This document shows, piece by piece, positions 38,101 through 50,789 of a DNA stretch of 64,000 bases. The position numbers were made by a program, and so were the translations under genes. Under the pieces are notes generated by a model. That model did not search any database. It saw nothing but the letters and a program-made list of their open reading frames with translations, and was not told where the DNA came from. Every line of letters begins with the position of its first letter. The stretch's first letter is position 1. The DNA comes from Dipteris shenzhenensis (Eukaryota): NCBI GenBank assembly GCA_047967505.1, contig CM106538.1; one strand, 5' to 3'.

Positions 38101-39230
38101 GAAATTATGTGCCACTCATGAGAAGGAAACTGCCTCTAATAAATTTTACCTTAGGAAGAGGTTAATTGAGCTACAAATGAAGGAAGGGGTCTCCATTGCT
38201 TCTCACTTGAATGAATTCAATATTATTTTCTACTAGCTTTAGGCTCAGAAGATGAATTTTGATGTGGAGACTATATGTGTTCACCTTTGCAGGTGGTGTA
38301 GTGTCATGGATGTCTCACACATGGAAGTCCATTGCTTTGTCTACCATAGAGGCTGAGTATGTTGTAGCCACAGAGGGTTACAAGGAGGCTATATGGCTTG
38401 ATCAGCTAGTGGGAGATTTGGGGATTCATATAGATGTACCGACATTGTATAGTGATTCCATGAGTGCTATTTAAATAGCTTGGAATCCAATCTTTCATGC
38501 AAAGACCAAACACATTGAGGTTAGGTACCATTTCATTAGGGATGTACTTGAGGACAAGTGCATAGAGCTTGTCAAGGTTCATACAAATGATAACCCTACA
38601 GATATGCTGACAAAGAGTCTACCTAATTAGCGGTTTGAGTATTGTGGTGTATTGATGGGCATTGGATAGTATGTCTCTCTTTTAAAGGTACATTGTCTTT
38701 AAGTGGGAGGTTGTGGGGGTTAAAAGCCACTGTACCTTAACCCTAGCTATGTACAATACTCAAACACATATATATATGGATGACATAGAAGATTAGAGTG
38801 TTCTACACCCACCAAAACTTGTGTGGCTCTCCCTCTCCCTCACCCTCTTCCATTCTTCTTTCGTTGAGAGCACTCTCAATTTCAGCCCATCTATAGCTTT
38901 TCTTCCTTTAAGCTCTGGCTGATTGCAAATCCACTTTCTTCTTTCTTGATAAAAAGTGTTGTCAAATTTGGCACCATGCAAATAGTACCTCCATTTCTTC
39001 AAAGCATAGACTATATATAGCATATGGTTCCTTCTCATATGTTGAGTAATTCCATTGGGCACAATCTAAAGTTTTACTTTCAAAAGCCACTAGTCGACCC
39101 TTTTGTAATAGTCTTGTCCCATTAGCAAAATCACTAGCATCTATTTAAACGATGAATGGTTCAATGGGATCCACTACCTTTAAGATAGGAGCAGATGCTG
39201 TAGCCACCTTTAACTTCTCGAAAGTATTAG
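35130..39230 (-). pseudogene. Degenerate Gypsy RH-INT remnant, split by element E
   Basis: KWESVSMDFIIGL, HPQSDDQTKRVNQ, IGFSPFMMMYGFQP and YALKKWRYYLHG. RWAEI|MQEF is interrupted exactly at E. Confidence 0.8.
36228..38878 (+). mobile_element. Internally deleted non-autonomous Copia (element E)
   Basis: 167-bp LTRs at 36228-36394 and 38712-38878. PBS TGGTATCAAAGC at 36397-36408. TSD ATTTT/ATTTC. The gag N-terminus (KFDGTNFSLWK, 37829-38260) is joined directly to RNase H (YVFTFAGGVVSW...STIEAEY, 38270-38668). Confidence 0.9.
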
Positions 39231-39929
39231 AATTGATGGAGGGACCCTAATTGCATTGTGATAATTTGAATGACAAAGCACATAAGAAAAACATGAGGGA
39301 CCTTGGAATCATCACAATGCAATAAGGGAGTTTCAAAGTAGACAAAGGGGGGCCTAATTACATTGTGATGATTTGAAAGATAAAGTGAATAAGAAAAACC
39401 TGATAGGTCTTAGAATACATTAGGGGAGAATTGGGGTCTCAAAAGGGCCTCATAAGGAATGGATTAGGGAATGCTTAGTGGGCTAATGCAAGGGGCTTGG
39501 AGGGTCCCAAGGAGGCCTAACCAGCCCAAACTAGGTGGGTTGAACCCACAATTGAGCCCACCTCTCCCCCCATCAATGAGGGGAGGGGGGCACTTTTTGA
39601 AATTTGAATTTTCAAAATTTGAATCTCCCTCCCTCCCTCTCTCTCCCTCCCTCTCCCCCCTCCCTCCACCTCCCTCCCTCCTCGTCCCTCTCCCTCTCCC
39701 TCTCCCTCCTCCCCTCTCCCTCCCTCTTGGGGGAGCTTCAGGAACACTCTTCGAAGGATTCCACCTTCTACCATCGAAGAGATTAATAGGCAGCCAATCA
39801 TTTGGAATGATAGTATTCTTGATGAGCATGCTAGACCACTGGGCACTTCCCATTACATGCAGTGGTCTAAATGGGAGAGAGGCCTCGCCTACACAGTAGG
39901 CACTTGGAAATCTTTTGTCAATCTACGTG

Positions 39930-40910
39930 ATGCATTATCCTCTATCTCCTGAAACAAAACAACACCCTCGAATAGTGAGTCACCTGTATGCAAAAATTTC
40001 TTTAAACGAGAAACATGAAACACTGCTTGGACCTTACAACCCTATGGCAATTCTAATTTATAGGCTACCTTGCATATCCTTTTTAGAATTATTAACCATG
40101 GCCCACAATATCGAGGTGATAATTTAGCACACTCTCCTACAGTCAAAGACTTAGAGTGTGAAGGAGCTCTGAGAAAAACTTTTTCTTCTTCCTTAAATTC
40201 TCTAGCGGATTGGTTTTCATCCGTATATGCCTTAGCTCTATCCATAGCTTGGTGGATGTTAGCTCTCGCAAGTGCTAGCATCTCCCGCATCTGAACCACA
40301 AAGTTTGTGGCACTAGGCACTTTCTGAGGTATTCCAACTATAGTTGGATTCACTGGTCTATAACCATAGTTCATCTCAAAAGGACTGAACCCTGTAGAGG
40401 AATGTTTTCTATCATTGTAGGCAAATTCTAACAATGGCAACCACTTGTCCCATGTATGTTGCCTCAATGACACATATGCTCTAAGCATATCCTCTAAAAT
40501 TTGGTTGATTCTTTCCGTTTGACCATCCGTTTCTGGATGATCCCCACTACTCATTCCCAACTTAGTCCTTAGTCTCAAACACTACAGTCCAAAAATGATG
40601 GCTTCACCCGTTCTACCTTACTCACTTGATACAAAAAACGTGTCACATATTCATGAATATGCTTTTTCATCTTTGGCCAAAAGAAATCTCGCTTCACAAG
40701 ATCATATGTCTTCTCGACTCTTGGATGTCCCGCACATGGGCTATCATGGCATTGTTGAATGACTCTCTGCCTGAGATCATTCTGATTAGGTACTACTACC
40801 TTGCCATTTCTTTTCAACATACCTCCCTTATGGCATATCTTGCATACGTTTGGCCTTTTCTGGATGCCAAGTCATCCTTTTCTCCGAGTTTGAATACGTG
40901 AGCCTTAGGC
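39930..40910 (-). pseudogene. Second, truncated copy of the Gypsy A family integrase with an internal deletion
   Basis: High visible similarity to 1345-1990 and 2275-2590; the segment between is missing at ~40580-40600. Confidence 0.9.
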
Positions 40911-42149
40911 CCTAAACCTTATCAAACTCTATATTTTCTTAAATTTTTCTCATATAGAGTTTGGGTCCTTGGTTCCCTTCCTCCATCCCATAGGTATATA
41001 CATGGTCATGGACATATGAAGGTGATCTATATTTTGTTAGCATCAGGTCATAAGGTGATCATTAATATATTAGCTCCATAGTTTAAACATTTTATTCATG
41101 TGATCATTTCGTGTACAAAATGGAGTAAATCATATGGCTAGCATAAAAATCTATGAGCTACAAACAGTTTTTTGTGAAGGATTTTTCTAGGAGGAGCTTC
41201 TATATCATGGGAAGGACTATTATGTCACATGCTACCTTACAAAATTTTGAGTGACTAGGTCAAGGTGGACATTGTAACATTTCCCCTTTTGTATCTATTG
41301 AATGATTTCTGACTTGCATGGATTTATTATTTATCAAATAATAGGTTTTCTCTTTGTATGTTGCCAATAATTTTTCATTTGGTATTAATTGAATCATTGC
41401 TGACTTGCATGGATTTATGAGTTATCCCCAATAGGAAGTTTTATCTTTGTATGTTGCCAAAAATCATATGAAAAATAAGTAAGAACAATCTCTATTATTG
41501 ACATGTAGATTCAACCATTTCTAGTAAAAAACTATTGCTACTACAGTTTAGAAAAAGTTCATCACAAGCATCGCTCAAACTGTGGGCTCACTCGAACGCA
41601 GTCACTCGATGTTTCGACTTACTCATTCTGCACCAGCTGCCCTACTCTCCTCCTCTTCCTCTTGCCTTGACCTGCTTCTCCTCTTCCCTCTTCCTTACTA
41701 CTCCCTCCCTCTCACTACTCCCTCTTTGCTAGCTTCTCCTCTGCCTGCTCTCCCCTATCTTTTAGCGTGCAACATTGATACCTCTCCCTCAGTACTCATG
41801 GCACCATTCGAGGACATATCCAACAAGTGCCATGTGACCTTACAACTAGAGGCTGAATATGCAAGAACACGCCATGTGGGATTTAGTGGAACTCCTCAAA
41901 GTGTACTCCACAATCTTCAATTGCAAGGGAAGAAGCATCTTGACCTTTGGGTGGATGGAAGGCTTGTATCCTTTAGACCCTGCCACCCAAAAGGGTCCTC
42001 CTTTTCATACAGTGCATGATGGTAGGTTCGTGTAATTATATTCATTTATGCTTAAGTATACAAATATATATATATGAGAATCCACCAACATTTGTTTGAA
42101 AACAAAGATATTAGCTTTTAATTAATTCGTTAATGTGTACCTATTTGCA

Positions 42150-43400
42150 ATGCTCTAGAAGAACAAAGGTATCACTTTCATCGGTTGGTGGAGTCAATGG
42201 CAAATAAACCACATTTTTCTATTCTGACTGTAGCATTGGGATCATTGTAGATAGTTCTAAACCATTTGACATCAAGAATGAAAATACTAAATCTTTTGAT
42301 AAAAGACCACCTATGTATCAGAAGCACTTGCTCGACTATCTTGTACAAAGTTAATCATGACTCCACAATCATATGTGACTCTCGATGTGTCCCACACGAA
42401 AATGCCACCCATGTGACCTCAATGCATTGTACTTTTTGCACTACAAAAGAACATGATTAAAACAATGAGGATGCATTTTGTAGCAATTGTGATCATAAAT
42501 CCCCAAATTAAGTAGAAAGGTTTTAAAATTACATGTGGCATACATCCAACTGCAAGTTCCTGCTGCTCTAGATCGATTACGTCCTCTCCATCATGTTTGG
42601 CTTCACGAAGAGCTTCTTGTAGCCAATCACGGGACATGTGTTTGGGGAGAAGAGCAAGGTCCGATGGATATGGCACCCTCTGCCTATGCATGACTCTAAA
42701 TCTTGCCCTCTCATTTATTCTTTTTGCTTTGGCCTCTTCATATCTCTCCACCCATCTTTGCATCTTGGGACTATTGAGGACACAAAACTTATTGAATTTC
42801 TCTCTTTGCTCTTAGCTCATTTTTCTTTCGACCCCCTTACCTTGGGGAACCTCTTCAATGACACAATCATTGTCCTTGATGTTCCAAGCATTTGGCATAT
42901 CGGGATCCATGGATGCAAGAGACTCTGTGATGTATACTAATGACTCTTGCACAAGCCGTCGTTCCACCATGCTTACTTCGAGTCTAGCTCTTTGCCTTAT
43001 AAATATCTTCAAGGTTTTCATAAACCATTCAAGGAAAAACATCCAATGACTATGAACGGTTCCTACAATGGTGACCTCATCAACTACGTGTACAAGCAAG
43101 TCCACCTGAGTCGTCCATAATGCTTGAGGGAAAGTGTTTCTCAAGCAAGCACACTACTTTAATGGAGTCCACTTTAGCCCTCTCGATGCTCGATACAGAG
43201 ATATCTTTTTGTAAGATCCACCTATTCCACATGCACGGGTAAGATTCAATATTTTATACCCATCATTTAAAATTGTATGTCAAAATATAACGAAGGTGAC
43301 ATGATAGTAAGCATACCTGACAATGCCACTGATCTTGTAGAAAGCGGTTCTAACATCTTCTGATAAGCATCCTCTCGCTATAATTGGGAGGATAAACTAC
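42150..43400 (-). pseudogene. CACTA/En-Spm transposase remnant (DUF4218/DUF4216-like)
   Basis: LLVHVVDEVTIVGTVHSHWMFFLEWFMKTLKIFIRQRARLEVSMVE resembles the DUF4218 pattern GPV..RWMY..ERFM..LK..VRNR..PEGS. ILDVKWF lies downstream. Intron-like gaps present. Confidence 0.75.
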
Positions 43401-44869
43401 CCAAGCAACAAAGGAGTTATAACAATGTGACACAATCATATAAGTTAATTACACAAAAGCATCAAAATCTTAGTTCTACATACTCTTCATTTCCCTTGTA
43501 AATGCTCCCCTTGGGCAACGCATCTGTCCCGTGGGTGTCTAAAAAGTTGCAATATCCGCCTTGACCCTTGCCTCCTCTATGGTCTTGGAAAGGATCCATG
43601 GTGCCTTTGAGAGAACAATTCGTGGAGGACACACTTGGGTTCCTGAACCACCCTCTTGAGTAACTTTAGAACCATGCTCTTTGGTGCACGTGCTCCCTCG
43701 CTACTCTCCTCATCCTGTATAATATAATGATGCAAGGTTAGTGCGTGCAACAAGGACAAGCAATATAAATATCCATGAATCATTCAAATATCATTGGTTT
43801 ACCAATGATGCACTAGCATGTCGATGCACATCCTCTTCTTTTGGTGGTGCCTCTCCATACATCTGCAAGTGGCGCATGACAATACTGTACTGATGACGAA
43901 CCCCTCAACTGCAATGCATGCAATGACAAGGCAATCTCTCATGAAGCCACTCCAAGCTCTTGGGAAGTGGCCCCCTATCCGATGAGCTATAACAACTCAT
44001 CCTCTCCACCTGCACACATCCATAATCATCCCCCCAAGACAAGTCAAACACCCAAACACCCAAATTCCTCAAGCTCTAAACCCTAAACCCCTAGAAAATC
44101 CTATTTTGTTGATATGGGCATCGGTATATACTGACGACCATACCGATGCTCTACTTTTATATACCCATAGTAATATAGATGCCGATACTATGTCGTTCGT
44201 CTCGCGATGCCATTTGTTTTTCATGTGTTCTACTCCCTCGCTTTTGCTTTCAACTCGGCCTGCAACCCTTGCCTCCTCCCTCCCCCTCCCACCTCTCCAT
44301 CCTCTCCTACATTGTCCCTTTGCACCTACAAGACTTGCTGTAGGTCCCTCTCCATCTCAAGGTAAGAATTCCTCTTTTTCCCTTCTATTTCAAGTCTGCT
44401 TGGTTTATTTGTCTTTCTTTCTACCTCTCCTCTTGTTTCCCTTCCTCTACTTTCACTTTCCCTTCCTTTTTGTAAAGTTTCTCCTTATTTCCTTTCCTTT
44501 TCTTTCTCTAAAGGAAGAAACAATACACAAAAAACAATCATGAAAGAGAAGAGTATGAAAGGTCTACCTATTGTTTTCGTGCTTTCTCCTTGTTTGTAGG
44601 CTTCTCTTTGTCTCCTCAATCCAATCCCTTTGGAATGTTGCTTCTCCAAAGTCCTCCTTTCACTAATTAGTTTTCTTAAAATGGTATGTTTCCTCTCTTT
44701 TATAGGGCCAGTACACGAAATACCTCCTCTTCCGAGTGAGATTATCCGATGCCAGGACACATCATTTCCAAGTAAGAACGTGCTTCCTCTCTTTTCATAT
44801 TTTTCTTTTCGTGATTGCATTGGCTTGCACAGCTAGCACCTTAAGCGCTACCTACAGTGATGGGTATAG

Positions 44870-45690
44870 AAACTCTTATCCTCTTTTCTTCCCTCTTCTC
44901 CCCACTCTTATTTTCTCTTCTCTTTTATTCTCTTTCCCCCTCTCTTTTCTTCTCTCTTTTCCTCTCTTTCCTTCTCTCTTTTTCTCTCTTTTTCTTCCTC
45001 TTCTCTCCCCTCTCCTATTTCCTCTCTTTTCTCCTATCTCTTCTCTTATTTCCTCTCTTCCCCTCTCTTCTCTTCTCTCTTTTCCTCTTTTCTCCTCTTC
45101 TCCTCCTCTCTTTTTCTCTCTTTTCCTCTCTTTTCTCCTCTTCTCCTCTCTTCTCCTCTTCTCTTTTTCCCTCTCTTTTCCCCTCTCTTTTCTTCTCTCT
45201 TTTCCTCTCTTTCCTTCTCTCTATTCCTCCCTTTTCCTTCTCTCTTTTCCTCTCTTTTCCTTCTCTCTTTCCTTCTCTCTTTTCCTCTCTTTCCTTCTCT
45301 CTTTTCCTCTCTTCCCCTCTCTTCTCTTCTCTCTTTTCCTCTCTTCTCCTCTTCTCTCTTTTCCCCTCTCTTTTCCTCTCTTTTCCTCTCTTTCCTTCTC
45401 TCTTTTCTTCTCTTTTACTCTCTTTTCCTCTCTTTTCCTCTTTCCTCTTCTCTTTTTTCCTCTCTTTCCTTCTCTCTTTTTCTCTCTTTCCTTCTCTCTT
45501 CTCTTTTCCTCTCTTTTCCTTCTCTCTTTTCCTCTGTTTTCCTCTCTTTTCCCCTATTTTCTCTCTCTTTTCATCCCTTTTTTCCTATCTTTTCCTCTCT
45601 TTTCCTTCTCTCTTTCCTTCTCTCTTTTCTCTTTTCTTTTCCTCTCTTTTGTTCTCTCTTTTCCTCTATTTCCTCTCTCTTTTCTCCTTG
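44870..45690. repeat. ~820-bp polypyrimidine (CT-rich) low-complexity tract
   Basis: Almost exclusively C/T on the + strand; imperfect TTTCCTCTCT units. Confidence 0.95.
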
Positions 45691-46929
45691 AGTTCCCACC
45701 CACGTGAAGCTTCAACAGCCTGACATTAAGCAAGCATATGTAGACTTGTATCATTGTACCCCTCTCCGAATCTTTCTTTGAATTCCTGAGAGTCTCTCTT
45801 TTCCTTAATGCATTTTGGAGGCTAAGATTCAAGAACCAAGAATTCAAAGAATGATATGAGTCTGTAAATGCTTGCTAAATCCTAGGCTACACCAATGCGA
45901 GGAGCCTATCTTTTTCTCTCTCTTTTCAAACTTTTTCCCCTATCTTTTCTCTCTTTTTAAACACATACAGCATAACGAATAACAAAGAGAGGGATACAAC
46001 ATAATCTCATCATCTATTGTAACAAATATCCAAGAGGGGTTGCAACAAATATCCAAGAGAGGGCTTCCTCTCATACACTGGAAAGTATAGCTAACATTCT
46101 TCAAATCGGAGTACTTTATAAAATGTAAAGCCATTCTTCATCGTTTCTTTGATGAAGTGCTACCCTTCCCTTTGTCATCTCTCTTCTTCTTGTTATCCTC
46201 CACCTCTTTTTTCTTTTTCTCCTTAGAGGCTCCTTAGCCCAAGGAGATTCCTTGGGCGTATGGCATTCCTCCAAGATCAAGCTCTGCATCTCCTCAATAG
46301 CATCCTCCAAGATCTGTCGATCGGTCTTGTATATGTCCGTGTCGGGCAGATCCTTGACCTCGGCATGTGTGTTTGGACACAGATGCATACGAGGGAGTGA
46401 TGGTACATCTACCTCCCCATCCTTTATATTGTAATACTGTTTGTATAGATCCTCCAAGTATGCTACCATAACTTTTTCACTAGGGGCCATGGGGAGTAGT
46501 AGAGAGAGAGAGCGAAGAGAAGGGAGTGACTAGAAGTGAGTGATGAGAAGGAAGCGACAAGAGAGTGACTAGAATTGAAAGAGCAAAAGGAGTGGAAGGG
46601 GTGGAATGACGAGATGTGAGTGGTGTGAGAAGAGATATAGCAAGGGAGTAGTGTGAGACAAAGAAGAGAGGAGGGGAGACTTTAAAGAGTGAGGGAGGAT
46701 CTCGGGGGGGTCACTATGTATAAACTCTCTATATCACGTGTGTTCAAGGCTTACTTGTAAAATCCCTTATCCGTAGATTTTGCATTAATAAAATGTACCC
46801 TTTTTCTATACAAATCTATAATTTTTTTCTAAAATCATTTTAAATACTCCCTTATGTAAGTTAAATTATGTAAATTTTAGAAATTAAAAATATCCTTTTG
46901 TTGAACTCACGTGATAGGGTTACATAAGA

Positions 46930-47560
46930 TGAGACCCCCCCAAGGGGAGGATGAAGCAAAGAAGGGAAAGGCAAAGAATCATATGTACAAAGGCAGCGGC
47001 ACCCTAGAGCCCACTCCCTCTGCTATTCCTTGCTCCTTAAGCGCTTGCACCACCCCTCGCTCTAGCTCTGCTACTCCATCCACTACGAATCGTTCGGACT
47101 TTGTTTTGCTCGAGAACCTTTCCTACAAAGTGAACAGCATTGGGGAAGCTAAACAGGACGAGGACGAGAAGGCGGTCACCAGATACATGAAGAGGTTGGT
47201 GAGCACCCACTTCCCCAATGATATATTCAGACCTTGGAAACAACAGGACAATAGAGTGAAGGAAGCCTGCATAGAAGCCCTGAAACCCACTAGGCACATG
47301 AAGAGGAGTCTAAAGAGGAGGTTTCAAGGGAGGAGAGGCAAAAGAAGTTCAAAGCAGACAAGCGGCCATGGAGCCATGTCCAGAGACTGGTGCAGGGTCC
47401 CCCAAAGATTAAGAGCTGCAAGAAGTCAGGTGTGAAGGCACTTCAAGAGATCTGCAAGTTCTAGACCACTGTGGACAATCTCATTCCCCATGCACCCTTC
47501 CAGCGTGTTGTACGTGAAATAGCACAGCAATATAAGGATGATGTACATTTCACTTCTAGT
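46930..47560 (+). pseudogene. Decayed ORF of unknown (possibly transposon accessory) protein ending in a histone H3-like fold
   Basis: ...[55 protein letters not shown] (47393-47560) aligns without gaps to H3 [52 protein letters not shown]. Confidence 0.75.
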
Positions 47561-48110
47561 ATGCATTTATGTATAGATTACAAGGCCTTAAATAAAATCT
47601 CAATAAAAAGTAAGTCTCATATGCCTCACATTAATGAGCTTTTTGATCAATTGAAAGGGGAAAAATATTTTACTAAAATTGATTTAAGATCAGGATCTCA
47701 CCAAGTGTGAATTAGAGAAGAGGATGTCCCTAAGACAACATTGCGTACTAGGTATGGGCATTATCAGTTTAAAGTAATTCCATTTGGTTTGAAAAGTGCC
47801 TTGAGGTCATAATTAGTGTCTTGAGGTCATAATTAGGAAAAATTGCTATAGTATTTTTACATGATATCCTAATCTATAGGAAAACAAGGAAAAAGCATCT
47901 TGAGGTCATAATTAGGAAAATTTGCTATAGTATTTTTACATGATATCCTAATCTATAGGAAAACAAGGAAAAAGCAGTTAGGACATTTGAGGAAAGTGTT
48001 CCAATTGCTTAGAGATAATTCTCTTTTTGCAAAAGAATCCAAATGAGAATTCTTTGCAAAAGAAGTGGAGTACTTGAGACATATTATATCCCAAGATAGG
48101 ATTCGTATGC
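47561..48110 (+). pseudogene. Gypsy RT fragment with an internal tandem duplication
   Basis: [38 protein letters not shown] (twice) and EVEYLRHII. Confidence 0.88.
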
Positions 48111-48111
48111 C

Positions 48112-48480
48112 AATCTCAATGTGTCAATATGTTATTTGAACAAGTACTGTGACTTGGTTAAAATGCCAATGCATTGATTGTATCTCCTTTTGCTCCTTAA
48201 AATTATAGTCTTTTGCAAAGCCAACCACCAAGACAACATCCTTGGGGAAATTTCTCAAGCACTAATTGAATTTCTTTGCTTGCCATCTTGCCACCACGAA
48301 GTTATGTGGGATAAATTTCCTAAGATGCTTGATCTGTGTTCTCAACACACTAGACACTTGAAGCTCCTTGTATATCAATATATTCTTAATTTTCTTCTTC
48401 CCTTGGTCATTTAAACTTGCATCTACATTTTGAAAAATCTTAATTCTACCCGGCTGCTCTATGGTTAATTGCTCACGAGG
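48112..48480 (-). pseudogene. Sola2-like DDE transposase fragment
   Basis: HNFVVARWQAKKFN*CLRNFPKDVVLVVGFAKDYNFKEQKEIQSMHWHFNQVTVLVQITY resembles the DFAENY...Q.EIQS.HW...QVT motif recalled for Sola2-type transposases. Confidence 0.55.
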
Positions 48481-48659
48481 ATAGGTAGTCATTTTTTTGG
48501 TGCTACACTTCATGCTATATGGTAACTACTATGTGCCATATATAGCAACGCTAAGTGATGATGCATCACTCCTATGGTTGCAATGTGTAATTTGTGAATA
48601 GCTATATGCTAGCATGATGGTTGAGCAACTCTTCATCTTGTTCTGTGCTTCTGACAAAC

Positions 48660-49115
48660 TACGTGCTAAGTGTTGTGTGTTAGCATCTAGCAATGTTAGC
48701 ACTTAGTAGTGCTCAGTGCTAGCATTGCTAAGTGCTAAGAGATAGCATGTGGCTAAGGGCTAAGTGCTAATTTTCTAGCATTGCTAAGCTAAGTGCTAAG
48801 TGCTAAGTTGCTATAACTGCTATGTACTATACATAGTAGTGCTAAGTGATAGTACATTGCCAAGTGCTAAGTGCTAAGTTGCTATAAGTAGTATGTGCTA
48901 TGCATAGTAGTGCTAAGTGATAATGTAGCACTGCTATACTTAGTGCTACATGCTATACATTGCAGTGCTAAGTGATAGGATAGCTATGCTATAAGAGATA
49001 TATGCCATATAGTAGTGCTAAGTAATAGTATAGCACTGCTATAACTGTTGTGTGCTATACATAGCAGTGCTAACTGATAGTATAGCACTACTATAATCAC
49101 TATGTGCTACACATA
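48660..49115. repeat. Degenerate GTGCTA/GCTAAGT-rich tandem repeat
   Basis: Repeated GTGCTAAGTGATAG...GCTATAC..AGTA units of roughly 50-60 bp. Confidence 0.75.
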
Positions 49116-50789
49116 GAACACTTATTTCATTAATTTTGGACTAGTGCACTGTCTAAATTCGTTTTGTGAGATAATTTTGGATAAAGCATTTTAAAAAAAG
49201 AGGCTCTTATATAAAACAAAACTTTGAGTCAAAAAGTAAGATTTTAAAAAATCAAATTAGAAAAAATGACGTGACATGTTATTAAAACTAGAGTACATTA
49301 AAAAAAGAGGACTTCATGTTGTTAAAAGAGACAAAAAGTAAGATTTTAAAAAATCAAATTAGAAAAAAACCTAGAGTACATTTAAAAAAAAGCATGACAC
49401 ATTTGTACAAGAAGTAGATCATATAACTCAAAGCCATATGGTGTTAAAAAACACCTTCCATTAGCTCAGCCTAGAAGATGTCATCTTTGTCTCTCTTGTC
49501 TATTACAACTTTACATTAGAGAACTAAAAAGTCTTTGTGGAACTGTAGTTTCATTTCTTGTCTATTACAGTTACTTTAGAAAACACATAAGTCTATGGGA
49601 TTAAATTTCACAGTTACTTCAAATTTCTATGGAATTAAATTTCCATCACTTGACTATTAAGTCATTAGAGGGAGCATATGTCCTCAAAAGTGCCTACTAT
49701 GGCATTGGCTTCATGAAAACAAGCAGACTTTAAACTTGTAGGCCATGTGTAACCAGGGCTGGCATCACAAATCTCCTCACAGACTCTCCTCACAACTTGT
49801 TTCGAATCTTCTGCCGACTTGTAAGCATTCAACAACTCTTATTTTCTCTCTTGGCTTTCCTCATCTTCACCATTTTTTTCAGCCACCGCCATATCTTGTA
49901 CAAAAATTTAACTCGTTTGCATAAGAAGTACGTGATTAAAAGAAGTGAAAAAGAAATCTAAGGATATTCACCTCTTCAGTTGAGTTCAAATCAAGCAGCC
50001 ATGTGCGTAACATATCCTCCTCGAATGATTTTCCCTTCATTGGTCCATACAAAAGAGATCTAAGACATAATTTGAGTTTAGTTAATGAAGTCGGGTAGTA
50101 ACTAGTCATTGTCTTAGAGGGAAAGTGGGAGAAGGAGAGTGAGGGAGCGATAGCGAGGGATGCACTGTGAGCTGCCCCTCCTTCAAGAGTGACAGAAAGT
50201 CAGGGAAGACGTAAAGTGAAAGACGAATACAAGTTAATCAGAAGGACTAGGATGTAAGAAATAAGAGAGTGTTTGTGGAAGGACTACAATGGAAGAATAC
50301 AAGTGCACTAAGGCACGATGTGTTCGCTATGATAAGGATAAGGGTTGGAATAAAGTGAGAGAAGCATTGGAAATGCTCTACTTTAAGTGAGTGGAGACTG
50401 TCCAACTGAATAAAATTTTGCAGAGCATTGGGAATGCTGTACTTTAAGTGAGTGGAGCATTGGGAATTGATACTTTGCCATGAAATATATTACAAATATT
50501 ACATCATCACATATTCATATCAAAATTCTCATCACAGAAGGTTATATTTCCTAATAATCACATCATCACACATTCATATCATAAAATTGTGTGCATGAAA
50601 TAAATATATAAATATCATGACTAAATGCCACTTAAGTAATAAGTCAGAAATTGGTGTATAATCAACAAAAACTACATCATGATTCATACATTGCAACAAA
50701 TAAATGTCAACCATAATATTCATGGAGTAAACAACATCATGAGAATATGCTCCTCATGCATATATACAAACACAACATCATACATGCAT

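Noticed and set aside
39235-39925. GC/C-rich segment with 110-140 aa ORFs
   Set aside because: Low-complexity sequence with no domain, TIR or TSD identified; left unannotated.
44736-45847. 323-aa and 288-aa F/S/L/P-rich ORFs that look like membrane proteins
   Set aside because: Stop-free translation of a polypyrimidine tract; no real domain.
47393-47560. Functional CENH3 gene next to a satellite
   Set aside because: It has an in-frame stop, is truncated before alpha2, and shows canonical-H3 diagnostic residues and loop length. Proximity to the satellite (10 kb) may be chance.
47471-47710. Genuine histone-reverse transcriptase fusion ORF
   Set aside because: The join at 47560 enters mid-RT and cuts the histone fold, and both parts are decayed; most simply a rearrangement junction that happens to be in frame.
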